64,000 bases of DNA from an uncultured Clostridia bacterium (lineage in GTDB: Bacteria; Bacillota; Clostridia; UMGS1883), in NCBI GenBank assembly GCA_934454525.1, contig CAKSFM010000001.1:109502-173501 (forward strand), written 5' to 3'. The notes under the pieces are model-generated. The model ran no database searches. It was not told the origin of the DNA and worked only from the letters and a program-made list of their open reading frames with translations. The position numbers were made by a program, and so were the translations under genes. Positions 1 to 7,244 of this stretch are shown here, piece after piece (position 1 is the first letter of the stretch; each line of letters starts with the position of its first letter).

Positions 1-1
1 G

Positions 2-220
2 ATACTGCGCGGCTATGCGGAAGCGGCAGGCATTAAATCTGAAATAAACGCGCAAACACTGCGGCATTCATTTGCAATGCATCTGCTGCAGAACGGCGCC
101 GATATCAGTGCCGTTTCGGAAATGCTGGGGCATAAGGACGTTGCAACAACGCGCCGCTACAACCAGGTTTTGAAAGAAAATATAAAGAAAATATACAAAA
201 AAGCTCATCCGAGAGCTTAG
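2..220 (+). CDS. tyrosine site-specific recombinase, XerC/XerD/integrase family (C-terminal fragment; 5' end lies outside window)
   Basis: Frame-2 ORF enters from the window edge and stops at TAG 218-220. Catalytic-domain motifs are visible: LRHSFAMHLL (H-x-x-R) and GHKDVATTRRY (nucleophile Tyr). Confidence 0.8.
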   Translation: MLRGYAEAAGIKSEINAQTLRHSFAMHLLQNGADISAVSEMLGHKDVATTRRYNQVLKENIKKIYKKAHPRA

Positions 221-286
221 GCATAAATCTGAAAGACTGAAAAAGTCTGAAAATCAGGATTTTTCAAGGCGTAAGGGCTTGTCATA

Positions 287-352
287 CTGACGTATATCAA
301 GCCGGCAACACAGAAAAAGACGATTTTCAGGCTTTTTGAGCGGGCTCGGATA
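287..352. repeat. Module 'B' of a modular intergenic repeat family (copy 1); the same about 66 bp recur at 15293-15358
   Basis: 'ctgacgtatatcaagNcNgNcaacacagaaaaagacgattttcaggctttttgagcgggYtcggata' matches at both sites with about 4 mismatches. It contains the 'atactgacgtata' core. Confidence 0.8.
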
Positions 353-373
353 TTAACCGGCAGCATAATAGAC

Positions 374-684
374 GGCGGACAAAGTCAATTGGCTTTAGCC
401 ACAGCCAGATAAGGAAGTATTGCCCTGCTAAACATCTTTTTTGCGAATTTCAGCGTTAAAAAAGGCTCGAAATCCGACAGGATTACTCGCTTTTTTGCCT
501 TGAACTTCATCAAAAAATATTGTTTACAGGGTGCAGGGCAGTTTTGAAGGTCGGAATTTAAGATTTAGACAAGTAAACAGGCAGTCGTAATACTGACGTA
601 TACGGCTGCCTGTTTACGAAGTATAAACTTAAAGAACGGCTTTCAAAACCAATACTTCCTTATCGGGTTGTGGCTTTGTCCGCC
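374..684. repeat. Imperfect inverted repeats (374-422 and 650-684) bracketing a 227-bp segment; the segment holds a 12-bp-stem hairpin (573-617) and a promoter-like TAGACA-16-TAATAC (566-593)
   Basis: rc(650-684) gives 'ggcggacaaag' plus 'ccacaacccgataaggaagtattg'. The left arm is 'ggcggacaaag[14-nt insert]ccacagccagataaggaagtattg'. The internal hairpin is 'gtaaacaggcag'/'ctgcctgtttac' with the loop 'tcgtaatactgacgtatacgg'. Confidence 0.6.
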
Positions 685-695
685 GCCTCCTTTTT

Positions 696-881
696 TCAGC
701 TTTGCCGCTCTTCACCCTCCCTGAGATTTTCAAGTGCAACGCGCGCTGCCTCCACAACAAACGCCGTGAAGGTGCAGCCGGTACCGGAAATTGCCGCCTC
801 AATCTGCTCTATGACATCATTCGGAAACCGGATGCATTTATTTGTTGTCTGCGGAACCGTCGGTATTTTAAACTTTTTCAC
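696..881 (-). CDS. Small hypothetical protein, ribbon-helix-helix-like; the start is uncertain (GTG at 881 after a GAGGTG RBS, or TTG at 902)
   Basis: The six-frame ORF 696-902 reads '...KKFKIPTVPQTTNKCIRFPNDVIEQIEAAISGTGCTFTAFVVEAARVALENLREGEERQS'. It looks like a real small DNA-binding protein and is flanked by an AT-rich promoter region. Confidence 0.35.
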   Translation of the reverse strand: MKKFKIPTVPQTTNKCIRFPNDVIEQIEAAISGTGCTFTAFVVEAARVALENLREGEERQS

Positions 882-1017
882 ATTCAGCACCTCAATACAC
901 AATATATATTATTGTATATTGAAAATTCTATATTGTATGCATAACATTTGTATTGCATTTTATTTTTTTATGTTGTATAATAATTACATAAAATTTTTCT
1001 AAAAATACGAACAAATG

Positions 1018-1046
1018 TTTGCATTTTCGGAAAAAGTATGTTATAA
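1018..1046 (+). promoter_or_regulatory. Sigma-A-like promoter: TTGCAT-17-TATAAT with an extended TG
   Basis: 'ttgcat' at 1018-1023 and 'tgttataat' ending at 1046. An RBS 'aaaagga' and ATG 1072 follow. Confidence 0.5.
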
Positions 1047-1071
1047 TCTTATTAAACTGATAAAAGGATTG

Positions 1072-1590
1072 ATGAAATTGTTCTGTTGCTTTACCGGACA
1101 CAGACCTCAGCAATTACCCTGGAATACAAATGAAAAAGACCCCTCATGCATAAAGCTTAAGCAAATAATATCCGATTTGATTGATGACGCGGCAGACAGC
1201 GGAATAAGCAGCTTTTACTGCGGAATGGCGCTTGGGTTTGACACATATTGCGCTGAAGAGGTAATCAGAAAAAAGGACAGCGGTATTCCGCTGAAACTTT
1301 ATGCCGCTATCCCATGCAGCGAGCAATGCTCCGGCTGGAGCGCTGCTGACCGCGCACGATATGACGCTATTCTGGAAAGATGCGACGGACGAACGCTGAT
1401 AAGTCCGCATTACACTTCCACCTGCATGCTTGCGCGGAACAGATATATGGTAGATAACTCCTCGATGATTATCTCAGCGTGGAACGGGAGCTTCCGCGGC
1501 GGCACGGGTTACACCCTGCGCTACGGCAAGCATATGAACCGCGACATGCGCATTATTCATCTGCCCGACTTAAGCGTTACCGTGATATAA
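1072..1590 (+). CDS. SLOG-superfamily protein, DUF1273 / YpsA-YoqJ-like
   Basis: Starts 'MKLFCCFTGHRPQQLPW...'. 'ISDLIDDAADSGISSFYCGMALGFDTYCAEEV' and 'LKLYAAIPCSEQCSGW' resemble the YpsA family. The ORF-track start at 1015 is upstream of the promoter, so the start is set at ATG 1072. Confidence 0.55.
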   Translation: MKLFCCFTGHRPQQLPWNTNEKDPSCIKLKQIISDLIDDAADSGISSFYCGMALGFDTYCAEEVIRKKDSGIPLKLYAAIPCSEQCSGWSAADRARYDAILERCDGRTLISPHYTSTCMLARNRYMVDNSSMIISAWNGSFRGGTGYTLRYGKHMNRDMRIIHLPDLSVTVI

Positions 1591-1645
1591 AAGGCGGCAT
1601 GATGCAAGACCCTGCATCATGCCGCTGTTATGCCTATATAATCTG

Positions 1646-2737
1646 TTATTTAATAAAGCTTTCGGCAATGCTGTGCATTTCATCCAGCTTGGATTCCATG
1701 TCGGCAACAAGCTTGAGCTGCGTTCTCGCCCTGTCAAGATTGTGATTTTCTCTGTGAATCTTAAAATAGACATCGCCGTTGAGATAATCTGCAAGAAAGC
1801 GGATTCCACATTCATATGTCATTATAAGCACAGATTCCGGAAGAAGCTCGACTTCCCTTTTCGTAAGGCACTCGCCGACTTCACCAAGGAAGCCTTCCGC
1901 AAAGCTTTTGTACTTTTCAAGGTCGAAATAAATCTTTGACAAATCGGTTTCATCCTCAGCTCCGCTTGAAGCGCCGAACCGCAATGCGTCACCGAAATCG
2001 TACAAAACCGAGCCGGGCATAACCGTGTCAAGGTCAATAACGCAGATTCCCTTGAGCGTGTCCTTATCAAACAGAACATTGTTCAGCTTGGTGTCATTAT
2101 GAGTAACCCTTGACGGAACGCTGCCGTCCGCCATCGCGTCTGTAATAAGGGAAGCGTACTTCGAGTATTTTTTTGCTGCGGCAAGTTCTTCCGAAACGCG
2201 CGCGGTGCGGTTTTCGTAATTTTTTCTGATTGCAGCTTCAAGCTGTTCAATGCGCTTCGGCGTATTATGAAAATCCACAATCGTTTCATGCAGCAGGCTT
2301 GCGTCAAATCCGTCAAGCATACGCTGGAATTTTCCGAACGATTTTCCGGCTTCAAAAAGCAGCGCCGGGTCTTCGGCAGTATCAAATGATTTTGAGTTTG
2401 ATACGAATTTATACATTCTGAAATAATTGTTGCTGTCAGCCATGTAGCAGTTTTTCCCGAGTTTTGTCTTTATAACATTCATCGTTTCGCGCTCCGGATC
2501 TCCGCCGTTCTTCACAATTTCACTTCTGAGATACTCCGTCACATTTACAATGTTTTCCATGACGCTGTTCGGATCTTTGAACACATTCGTGTTAATTCTC
2601 TGCAAAATATATCCGGGATTTCCCTCGCGCAGATATGTATCATTGATATGACCGTTTCCGTAGGGAACTATCCCCGCCTTGACTGAAAAGTTTTCAACAA
2701 CCTTTTCAAGATTGACTGCCATACTATCTCTCTCCAC
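1646..2737 (-). CDS. Phosphotransferase-family kinase (APH / N-acetylhexosamine-kinase-like fold)
   Basis: 'GNGHINDTY' nucleotide-binding motif, catalytic 'HNDTKLNN' and 'VIDLDTV' (D-x-D) motifs. 363 aa. Confidence 0.7.
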   Translation of the reverse strand: MERDSMAVNLEKVVENFSVKAGIVPYGNGHINDTYLREGNPGYILQRINTNVFKDPNSVMENIVNVTEYLRSEIVKNGGDPERETMNVIKTKLGKNCYMADSNNYFRMYKFVSNSKSFDTAEDPALLFEAGKSFGKFQRMLDGFDASLLHETIVDFHNTPKRIEQLEAAIRKNYENRTARVSEELAAAKKYSKYASLITDAMADGSVPSRVTHNDTKLNNVLFDKDTLKGICVIDLDTVMPGSVLYDFGDALRFGASSGAEDETDLSKIYFDLEKYKSFAEGFLGEVGECLTKREVELLPESVLIMTYECGIRFLADYLNGDVYFKIHRENHNLDRARTQLKLVADMESKLDEMHSIAESFIK

Positions 2738-2880
2738 TCTTTTTATTTATTAATAATAGACCTGAATTCTTCATAGCTGTTCAGCATGCTTCTTAGTTTA
2801 GCATACTCAAAATGCAATTTATATACCAAAAAGGATATAAAATATTCGATTTTGGATAAAAAACATTTTATTTCCATAAC

Positions 2881-3105
2881 CTAAATATAAATTATAACAA
2901 AAATACTGCTGCCGGTCAATCGGCATAATTCACAAATAACAAAGGCAAAATTTGCTGCCATTGTCACCGCTCCCCTTGGGAATAGGGCACGATATATACC
3001 GGACATATCATAATTATGGCACAAAAGCGCATATGTCAGAGTAAAAAGGTGACTATATGCATTGCCTTTTGTATTTCCAAAATTCCCCGATTTTCCCGCA
3101 CCCAT
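2881..3105 (-). pseudogene. Remnant of a toxin-module start: the first 16 codons 'MGAGKSGNFGNTKGNA' are fused to non-coding sequence
   Basis: The N-terminal 16 aa and upstream 5' UTR hairpin are identical to the toxin genes at 4311 and 7244. Downstream of the junction at about 3057 the reading frame is the antisense of a spoIIID-upstream-like sequence. Confidence 0.7.
2976..3060. repeat. Diverged duplicate of the spoIIID upstream region/RBS (compare 7955-8053)
   Basis: 'ttgggaata...aaaagcgcatatgtYagagtRaaaagg...ctatatgc' is shared. The core 3023-3060 matches 8016-8053 at high identity. A microhomology junction 'atgc' is visible at 3057-3060. Confidence 0.7.
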
Positions 3106-3111
3106 TAAGCA

Positions 3112-3146
3112 GTCACCTGCTTCCCGGAATAAAGGAAGCAGGTGAT
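3112..3146 (-). promoter_or_regulatory. 5' UTR hairpin (13-bp perfect stem) whose 3' arm contains the SD-like AGGUGA, 7 nt before the toxin-module AUG (remnant copy)
   Basis: 'gtcacctgcttcc cggaataaa ggaagcaggtga'. The same stem sequence occurs at 4318-4352 with a different loop. Confidence 0.6.
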
Positions 3147-3151
3147 TTGTC

Positions 3152-3694
3152 CTATAATATTCTGCTTGTTCTAGTTACATTCACTTTGTTGGCACCATCG
3201 TCCGACCAGGAATCAACAACCTGTGATATAGGAAATATAGAATTGTAATTATCATGTTCAGATATAGTTATATCTTCGGAAAACCATATGTCTCTTGAAA
3301 ACATTATAATTTTAGTTTCCATCCTTATGATGATCGCCTGATCAAATGCAATTTCAAATTCACCATCATTTATACAAATTGCATCATTTATAATTTCTAC
3401 ATCGTTAATAGTTTCGCCTACATCAAATGTCTCAAATGGTTCTTCGCAATACGGCTTAAAAGTACTATTGCCATCTACCAGTTTACACTTAAAGCCAGCC
3501 ACCTCTTCTTCTGTATCAAAAAAAGGGGTTGTTCTTTGAAGATTGGTAATCTCTACTGATAATTTATCTGTATTGATTCTCAAGTTCCCATATACATTGC
3601 CGAAAATCTTTCCACACTCATATGAAATAAATTTAGATCCTTTTATGTTTTTTAGCATTTTTTCCATATTATTATTTAAAGTTACATATATCAT
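3152..3694 (-). CDS. Hypothetical acidic protein; putative immunity protein for the toxin at 3709-4311
   Basis: The start is 14 nt after the toxin stop, with RBS AAAGGAGTG. 180 aa, acidic, no recognised enzymatic motifs. Confidence 0.45.
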   Translation of the reverse strand: MIYVTLNNNMEKMLKNIKGSKFISYECGKIFGNVYGNLRINTDKLSVEITNLQRTTPFFDTEEEVAGFKCKLVDGNSTFKPYCEEPFETFDVGETINDVEIINDAICINDGEFEIAFDQAIIIRMETKIIMFSRDIWFSEDITISEHDNYNSIFPISQVVDSWSDDGANKVNVTRTSRIL

Positions 3695-3708
3695 TCAATC
3701 GCACTCCT

Positions 3709-4311
3709 TTATTTTATAAAATGGATTTTTTGCGGTTTAATTTTACCAGGTGTTTTAACAGTTATTTCTACCGCCGGACTATTTGGAGTCTTTGTGATTA
3801 CCCTATAAACAATATTCGATTCATCGGAAAATATTGTTTGCACTCCTTTGCCATTTGGTAAAATCCTTTCGATTCCACCTTTGCTGAGTTTTTTGTAAAA
3901 ATCGGCAGAAGATTTTATAGGGTCATTACTTTTAAATACTCTAGTATTTTTTCCCTTTGTTCCAAAATAACCATTTTCCCCAAGATTATATTTCTTAGCA
4001 ACACTTTTAGCATTATCCACCACACTTGAAATCTTTGAAGTTTTCTTAGTTGTCTTAGCGGCATCTACCGCTTTATCTGCCATTTTAGCAAGTTTTGCCG
4101 TGTCTGCAACTTCTCCGGCAAAGGGGATTATTCCCACAGCGTCAAGTCCTGCCGATAGCAAATCGCCCCGCAGCAAATCAACAGGTATTGACGCAAAATC
4201 AGTAAATGTGTCAAGTCCGGGAATTAGCGATGCCGCCGTTAAAAGGTTGCTTAATGCATCTAATGCATTGCCTTTTGTATTCCCAAAATTCCCCGATTTT
4301 CCCGCACCCAT
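3709..4311 (-). CDS. Polymorphic-toxin-like protein: shared N-terminal module (possible pre-toxin domain) plus a unique C-terminal domain of unknown function
   Basis: The N-terminal 85 aa 'MGAGKSGNFGNTKGNALDALSNLLTAASLIPGLDTFTDFASIPVDLLRGDLLSAGLDAVGIIPFAGEVADTAKLAKMADKA' are identical to the genes at 6669-7244 and 5119-5679. The C-terminus '...YRVITKTPNSPAVEITVKTPGKIKPQKIHFIK' is divergent. Confidence 0.6.
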   Translation of the reverse strand: MGAGKSGNFGNTKGNALDALSNLLTAASLIPGLDTFTDFASIPVDLLRGDLLSAGLDAVGIIPFAGEVADTAKLAKMADKAVDAAKTTKKTSKISSVVDNAKSVAKKYNLGENGYFGTKGKNTRVFKSNDPIKSSADFYKKLSKGGIERILPNGKGVQTIFSDESNIVYRVITKTPNSPAVEITVKTPGKIKPQKIHFIK

Positions 4312-4317
4312 TAAGCA

Positions 4318-4352
4318 GTCACCTGCTTCCTGAAATAGAGGAAGCAGGTGAC
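4318..4352 (-). promoter_or_regulatory. 5' UTR hairpin (13-bp perfect stem, 9-nt loop) sequestering the SD (AGGUGA) of the toxin gene at 4311
   Basis: The minus-strand mRNA reads 'GUCACCUGCUUCC-UCUAUUUCA-GGAAGCAGGUGAC-UGCUUA-AUG'. No U-tract follows, so this is not a terminator. Confidence 0.6.
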
Positions 4353-4424
4353 AAAAAATCAGCGCTTGTTATAATTATTCTAAAAATCAGCATAACACGA
4401 TTTAATATATAAAATATCTTCGTA

Positions 4425-5099
4425 TTAAATCCTAATAGTTTTATTAAACACTCCTTCAAATTTATCATCAAGCACAATATCTTTGTGGTAATGACCAAAA
4501 AACCATTTTTTAAAAATAAGTTTATTTTTTATACTCTCAAAAAAATCTGTCAGCTTGTTTTTTTCATATGTTGGAGCAATAGCATTTTGAACAGATGTCG
4601 GCGCACAATGGGTTATCACATAATCGACCTCAAAATTATTCTTTTTAAGGTTCTTTTCCGCATTACTATATTCTTGTTCATTTGGCATTTCAGCACACCA
4701 CCAGTTTTTCCTTTCTATTCTGTACTCTTTATCGTGGGAATCGGCTCCGCCAAAGACGAAGACTTTTTTCCCGTCAATCGTATATGTCTCTCCACGTATT
4801 AAATGGTAAATTCCATCATCAACTTTGTGTGCAGTTCCTCCGCAAAGTTCTACTATCGGAAGAGAATAAAGCATATCAAAATTTTCATGATTACCGTCAA
4901 TAAACAGTGTTGTAAAGTTTTTGTTTTTAAGCCACTTTATCCAATATTTTTCCTCATTGCTGCCGTCCCAAACACCACCAAAATCGCCGCATATAATCAC
5001 ATAATCATTTTTAGTCATTTCTTTTTGCTGCGGAAAATGCTTTGCAGAAAGTTTTTGAATATCAACCGGAATATGTGTATCACCTGTAATATATATCAT
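4425..5099 (-). CDS. Calcineurin-like metallophosphoesterase (MPP superfamily), sitting in the immunity-gene position after the ParB-like toxin module
   Basis: Motifs 'GDTHIP', 'ICGDFGG', 'DGNHEN', 'HCAP' and 'GHYH'. RBS AGGAAGGATGG. The start is 19 nt after the stop of 5119-5679. Confidence 0.7.
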   Translation of the reverse strand: MIYITGDTHIPVDIQKLSAKHFPQQKEMTKNDYVIICGDFGGVWDGSNEEKYWIKWLKNKNFTTLFIDGNHENFDMLYSLPIVELCGGTAHKVDDGIYHLIRGETYTIDGKKVFVFGGADSHDKEYRIERKNWWCAEMPNEQEYSNAEKNLKKNNFEVDYVITHCAPTSVQNAIAPTYEKNKLTDFFESIKNKLIFKKWFFGHYHKDIVLDDKFEGVFNKTIRI

Positions 5100-5118
5100 T
5101 GATAACCATCCTTCCTAT

Positions 5119-5679
5119 TTAATCAAACCAAAGCAAGTCATTAATTGTTTTATATCCTTTATAAGGTAACGAGACCCTTTGAGTTGGAATTTTATCCAAT
5201 CCAAGTTGTTTTGCTGCCCTCAATCTATGATGTCCGTCAACAACATACTTTGTACCTTTATACTCAACATACTTAATAGGTTCAATAATACCATTTTTTA
5301 TGCTTTCCACTAAATTTTTATATTGTTTTTTGCTCAATGTTAGCTTATGAGTTTGTGTTAACTTTGTCGGCGAAATTCTTTTTATACCTTTAGTAAAATC
5401 CGTAGCTTTGTCAGCAGCCTTAGCGGCATCTGCCGCTTTATCTGCCATTTTAGCAAGTTTTGCCGTGTCTGCAACTTCTCCGGCAAAGGGGATTATTCCC
5501 ACAGCGTCAAGTCCTGCCGATAGCAAATCGCCCCGCAGCAAATCAACAGGTATTGACGCAAAATCAGTAAATGTGTCAAGTCCGGGAATTAGCGATGCCG
5601 CCGTTAAAAGGTTGCTTAATGCATCTAATGCATTGCCTTTTGTATTCCCAATCTTGATGAATATTCTAATTGCTCGATT
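5119..5679 (-). CDS. Orphan polymorphic-toxin module lacking the first 15 codons; C-terminal ParB/Srx-like (DGHHR) nuclease-type domain
   Basis: The shared N-module runs from '...GNTKGNALDAL' onward. Nucleotide identity with the other copies ends at 5650. The C-terminus is 'IKYVEYKGTKYVVDGHHRLRAAKQLGLDKIPTQRV'. No ATG sits at the module start, so the true start is unclear (TTG or in-frame). Confidence 0.55.
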   Translation of the reverse strand, partial: NRAIRIFIKIGNTKGNALDALSNLLTAASLIPGLDTFTDFASIPVDLLRGDLLSAGLDAVGIIPFAGEVADTAKLAKMADKAADAAKAADKATDFTKGIKRISPTKLTQTHKLTLSKKQYKNLVESIKNGIIEPIKYVEYKGTKYVVDGHHRLRAAKQLGLDKIPTQRVSLPYKGYKTINDLLWFD

Positions 5680-5713
5680 CTAATTGACGGAATCGAGCAA
5701 TGCATTGTTAATA

Positions 5714-6028
5714 TTAACTTATTTGTATTTTTCCCGCAAATATTTCTTTAGGAAAGTTTAAGTAATTCACCATAAAATAATCATCTTCAGTTATACTTAT
5801 AGGCGGCTCACCAGATATGCTAATCCCCTTGAAAATAAAAGACCAAAACTCCTCATATCCTTCCTCGTCCATATCACAATCAGACTCATCCTCAATATAA
5901 GAATCAAATATTGCCCGAGCCTCGCTTCCATCTTCCCATTTTAATATTAGTTCTTGGTCTTCATAGTTATCAATGTTATTAATAAATGTTCCTATAATTT
6001 TTTCTTCCCTGTCATTCCAAAAATACAT
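5714..6028 (-). CDS. Small acidic protein, putative orphan immunity protein
   Basis: 'MYFWNDREEKIIGTF...DESDCDMDEEGYEEFWSF'. RBS GGAGGAAG. It immediately follows the stop of the toxin C-terminal fragment at 6031-6159. Confidence 0.45.
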   Translation of the reverse strand: MYFWNDREEKIIGTFINNIDNYEDQELILKWEDGSEARAIFDSYIEDESDCDMDEEGYEEFWSFIFKGISISGEPPISITEDDYFMVNYLNFPKEIFAGKIQIS

Positions 6029-6030
6029 TT

Positions 6031-6159
6031 TTACTTCCTCCAATTAATTGGTTTTTCTGGCACAAGATGTGTTCCAGATTTGGAATAATGTATTATCCCA
6101 ACCGTGGTATCATATGATTTTCCCGTCTTTGGGTCAACATATTTTCCTATTATTTTTTT
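6031..6159 (-). pseudogene. C-terminal fragment of a degraded toxin gene (no start codon). Its stop overlaps the RBS of the downstream acidic gene
   Basis: Open frame 'KKIIGKYVDPKTGKSYDTTVGIIHYSKSGTHLVPEKPINWRK*' with no ATG/GTG/TTG start. It is bounded upstream by TAA at 6160-6162. Confidence 0.4.
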
Positions 6160-6200
6160 TTAATTAACAGTTTCTCTGTTTGTGCCAATCTTTCGACCTT

Positions 6201-6267
6201 ATTGAAAATCAATCGATGGTGAAAGCCGCTGCAAAGAACTTTGCTCTTTCCAAATCGAGTGTACATA
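6201..6267 (+). repeat. 67-bp duplicate of an internal spoIIID segment (matches 8102-8168, codons 17-38), 2 mismatches
   Basis: 'attgaaaatcaatcgaYggtgaRagccgctgcaaagaactttgctctttccaaatcgagtgtacata' matches. Confidence 0.85.
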
Positions 6268-6310
6268 CAATTGTAACAAGACAGCAACCTTTTATATAGA
6301 AGTGGCTTCA

Positions 6311-6652
6311 CTAACAAGTTTGCACAGATACAGATGAAGCTTTAATTTCAATTTCAATATATTTCCCGGATAAATCATTAAACACCGTCAGTACTATCTC
6401 ATTTTCATTGTTTGATACCACTTTTGAAATTTCATCACTGTTTATCCGATATGTACTATAATGAAGATTCGTACATTCACTAAATTTTATAACTATATTA
6501 CCAGTTTCCGGCATTTCATCCGTATAACCATCTTGCTGCCAATAGCAAAAATCAACATATAACTTAACAGTTGCCGTTTTTTTATTATAATCAATTTCTT
6601 CCAAAAGACTATCATGCAAGTTGTAATTCTGAATAAATTCTTTTATTGTCAT
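6311..6652 (-). CDS. Hypothetical protein; putative immunity protein for the toxin at 6669-7244
   Basis: Starts 'MTIKEFIQNYNLHD...' at 6652 with RBS GGAGGG, 16 nt after the toxin stop. The ORF-track start at 6718 would overlap the toxin. Confidence 0.45.
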   Translation of the reverse strand: MTIKEFIQNYNLHDSLLEEIDYNKKTATVKLYVDFCYWQQDGYTDEMPETGNIVIKFSECTNLHYSTYRINSDEISKVVSNNENEIVLTVFNDLSGKYIEIEIKASSVSVQTC

Positions 6653-6668
6653 AAAATTATCCCTCCAA

Positions 6669-7244
6669 TTATGGTATGATATGTGACTTTTTAGAGTTTT
6701 TCGGCACTGGGTTTCCAAATTTATCTAAATAGTAATCATGTTTGCCTGTTGAGTTTGGATTTAAAATATGATAATGATCCTTTCCTCCATATCCTCCCAT
6801 GCTTCTTTTCCCTTTGTGAAACCTTATTGTATAACCGTTCTTTTTGAACATCCTTGATGTTGTATTCTTCTTCATTGCTGCCGGAGTTATTTCTTCCCAA
6901 CCGTTTTCCACTAGTTTCGATGGAGTTTTGTGTAATTTCAGTATTTTAACCCCCGATTTAGTAGCATCCGTAGCTTTGTCAGCAGCCTTAGCGGCATCTG
7001 CCGCTTTATCTGCCATTTTAGCAAGTTTTGCCGTGTCTGCAACTTCTCCGGCAAAGGGGATTATTCCCACAGCGTCAAGTCCTGCCGATAGCAAATCGCC
7101 CCGCAGCAAATCAACAGGTATTGACGCAAAATCAGTAAATGTGTCAAGTCCGGGAATTAGCGATGCCGCCGTTAAAAGGTTGCTTAATGCATCTAATGCA
7201 TTGCCTTTTGTATTCCCAAAATTCCCCGATTTTCCCGCACCCAT
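6669..7244 (-). CDS. Polymorphic-toxin-like protein: shared N-module plus a C-terminal HNH-like (H-Y-H...N...H) candidate nuclease domain
   Basis: The N-terminal 100 aa are identical to the other copies. The C-terminus is 'GGKDHYHILNPNSTGKHDYYLDKFGNPV'. The ATG overlaps the stop of the upstream ORF (TAATG), giving translational coupling. No UTR hairpin is present here. Confidence 0.55.
   Translation of the reverse strand: MGAGKSGNFGNTKGNALDALSNLLTAASLIPGLDTFTDFASIPVDLLRGDLLSAGLDAVGIIPFAGEVADTAKLAKMADKAADAAKAADKATDATKSGVKILKLHKTPSKLVENGWEEITPAAMKKNTTSRMFKKNGYTIRFHKGKRSMGGYGGKDHYHILNPNSTGKHDYYLDKFGNPVPKNSKKSHIIP

Noticed and set aside
670-1002. 110-aa plus-strand ORF and overlapping ORFs across the AT-rich region 900-1010
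   Set aside because: Low-complexity, F/Y/I-rich translation of an AT-rich promoter region. It precedes the consensus promoter of the DUF1273 gene and has no RBS.
5670-5700. 11-bp-stem hairpin 'ttgctcgattc taattgacg gaatcgagcaa' upstream of the N-truncated ParB-like module
   Set aside because: It has no flanking U-tract (not a terminator), is unlike the SD-sequestering hairpin of the other copies, and is a single occurrence. It is noted only as a possible cassette-boundary scar.
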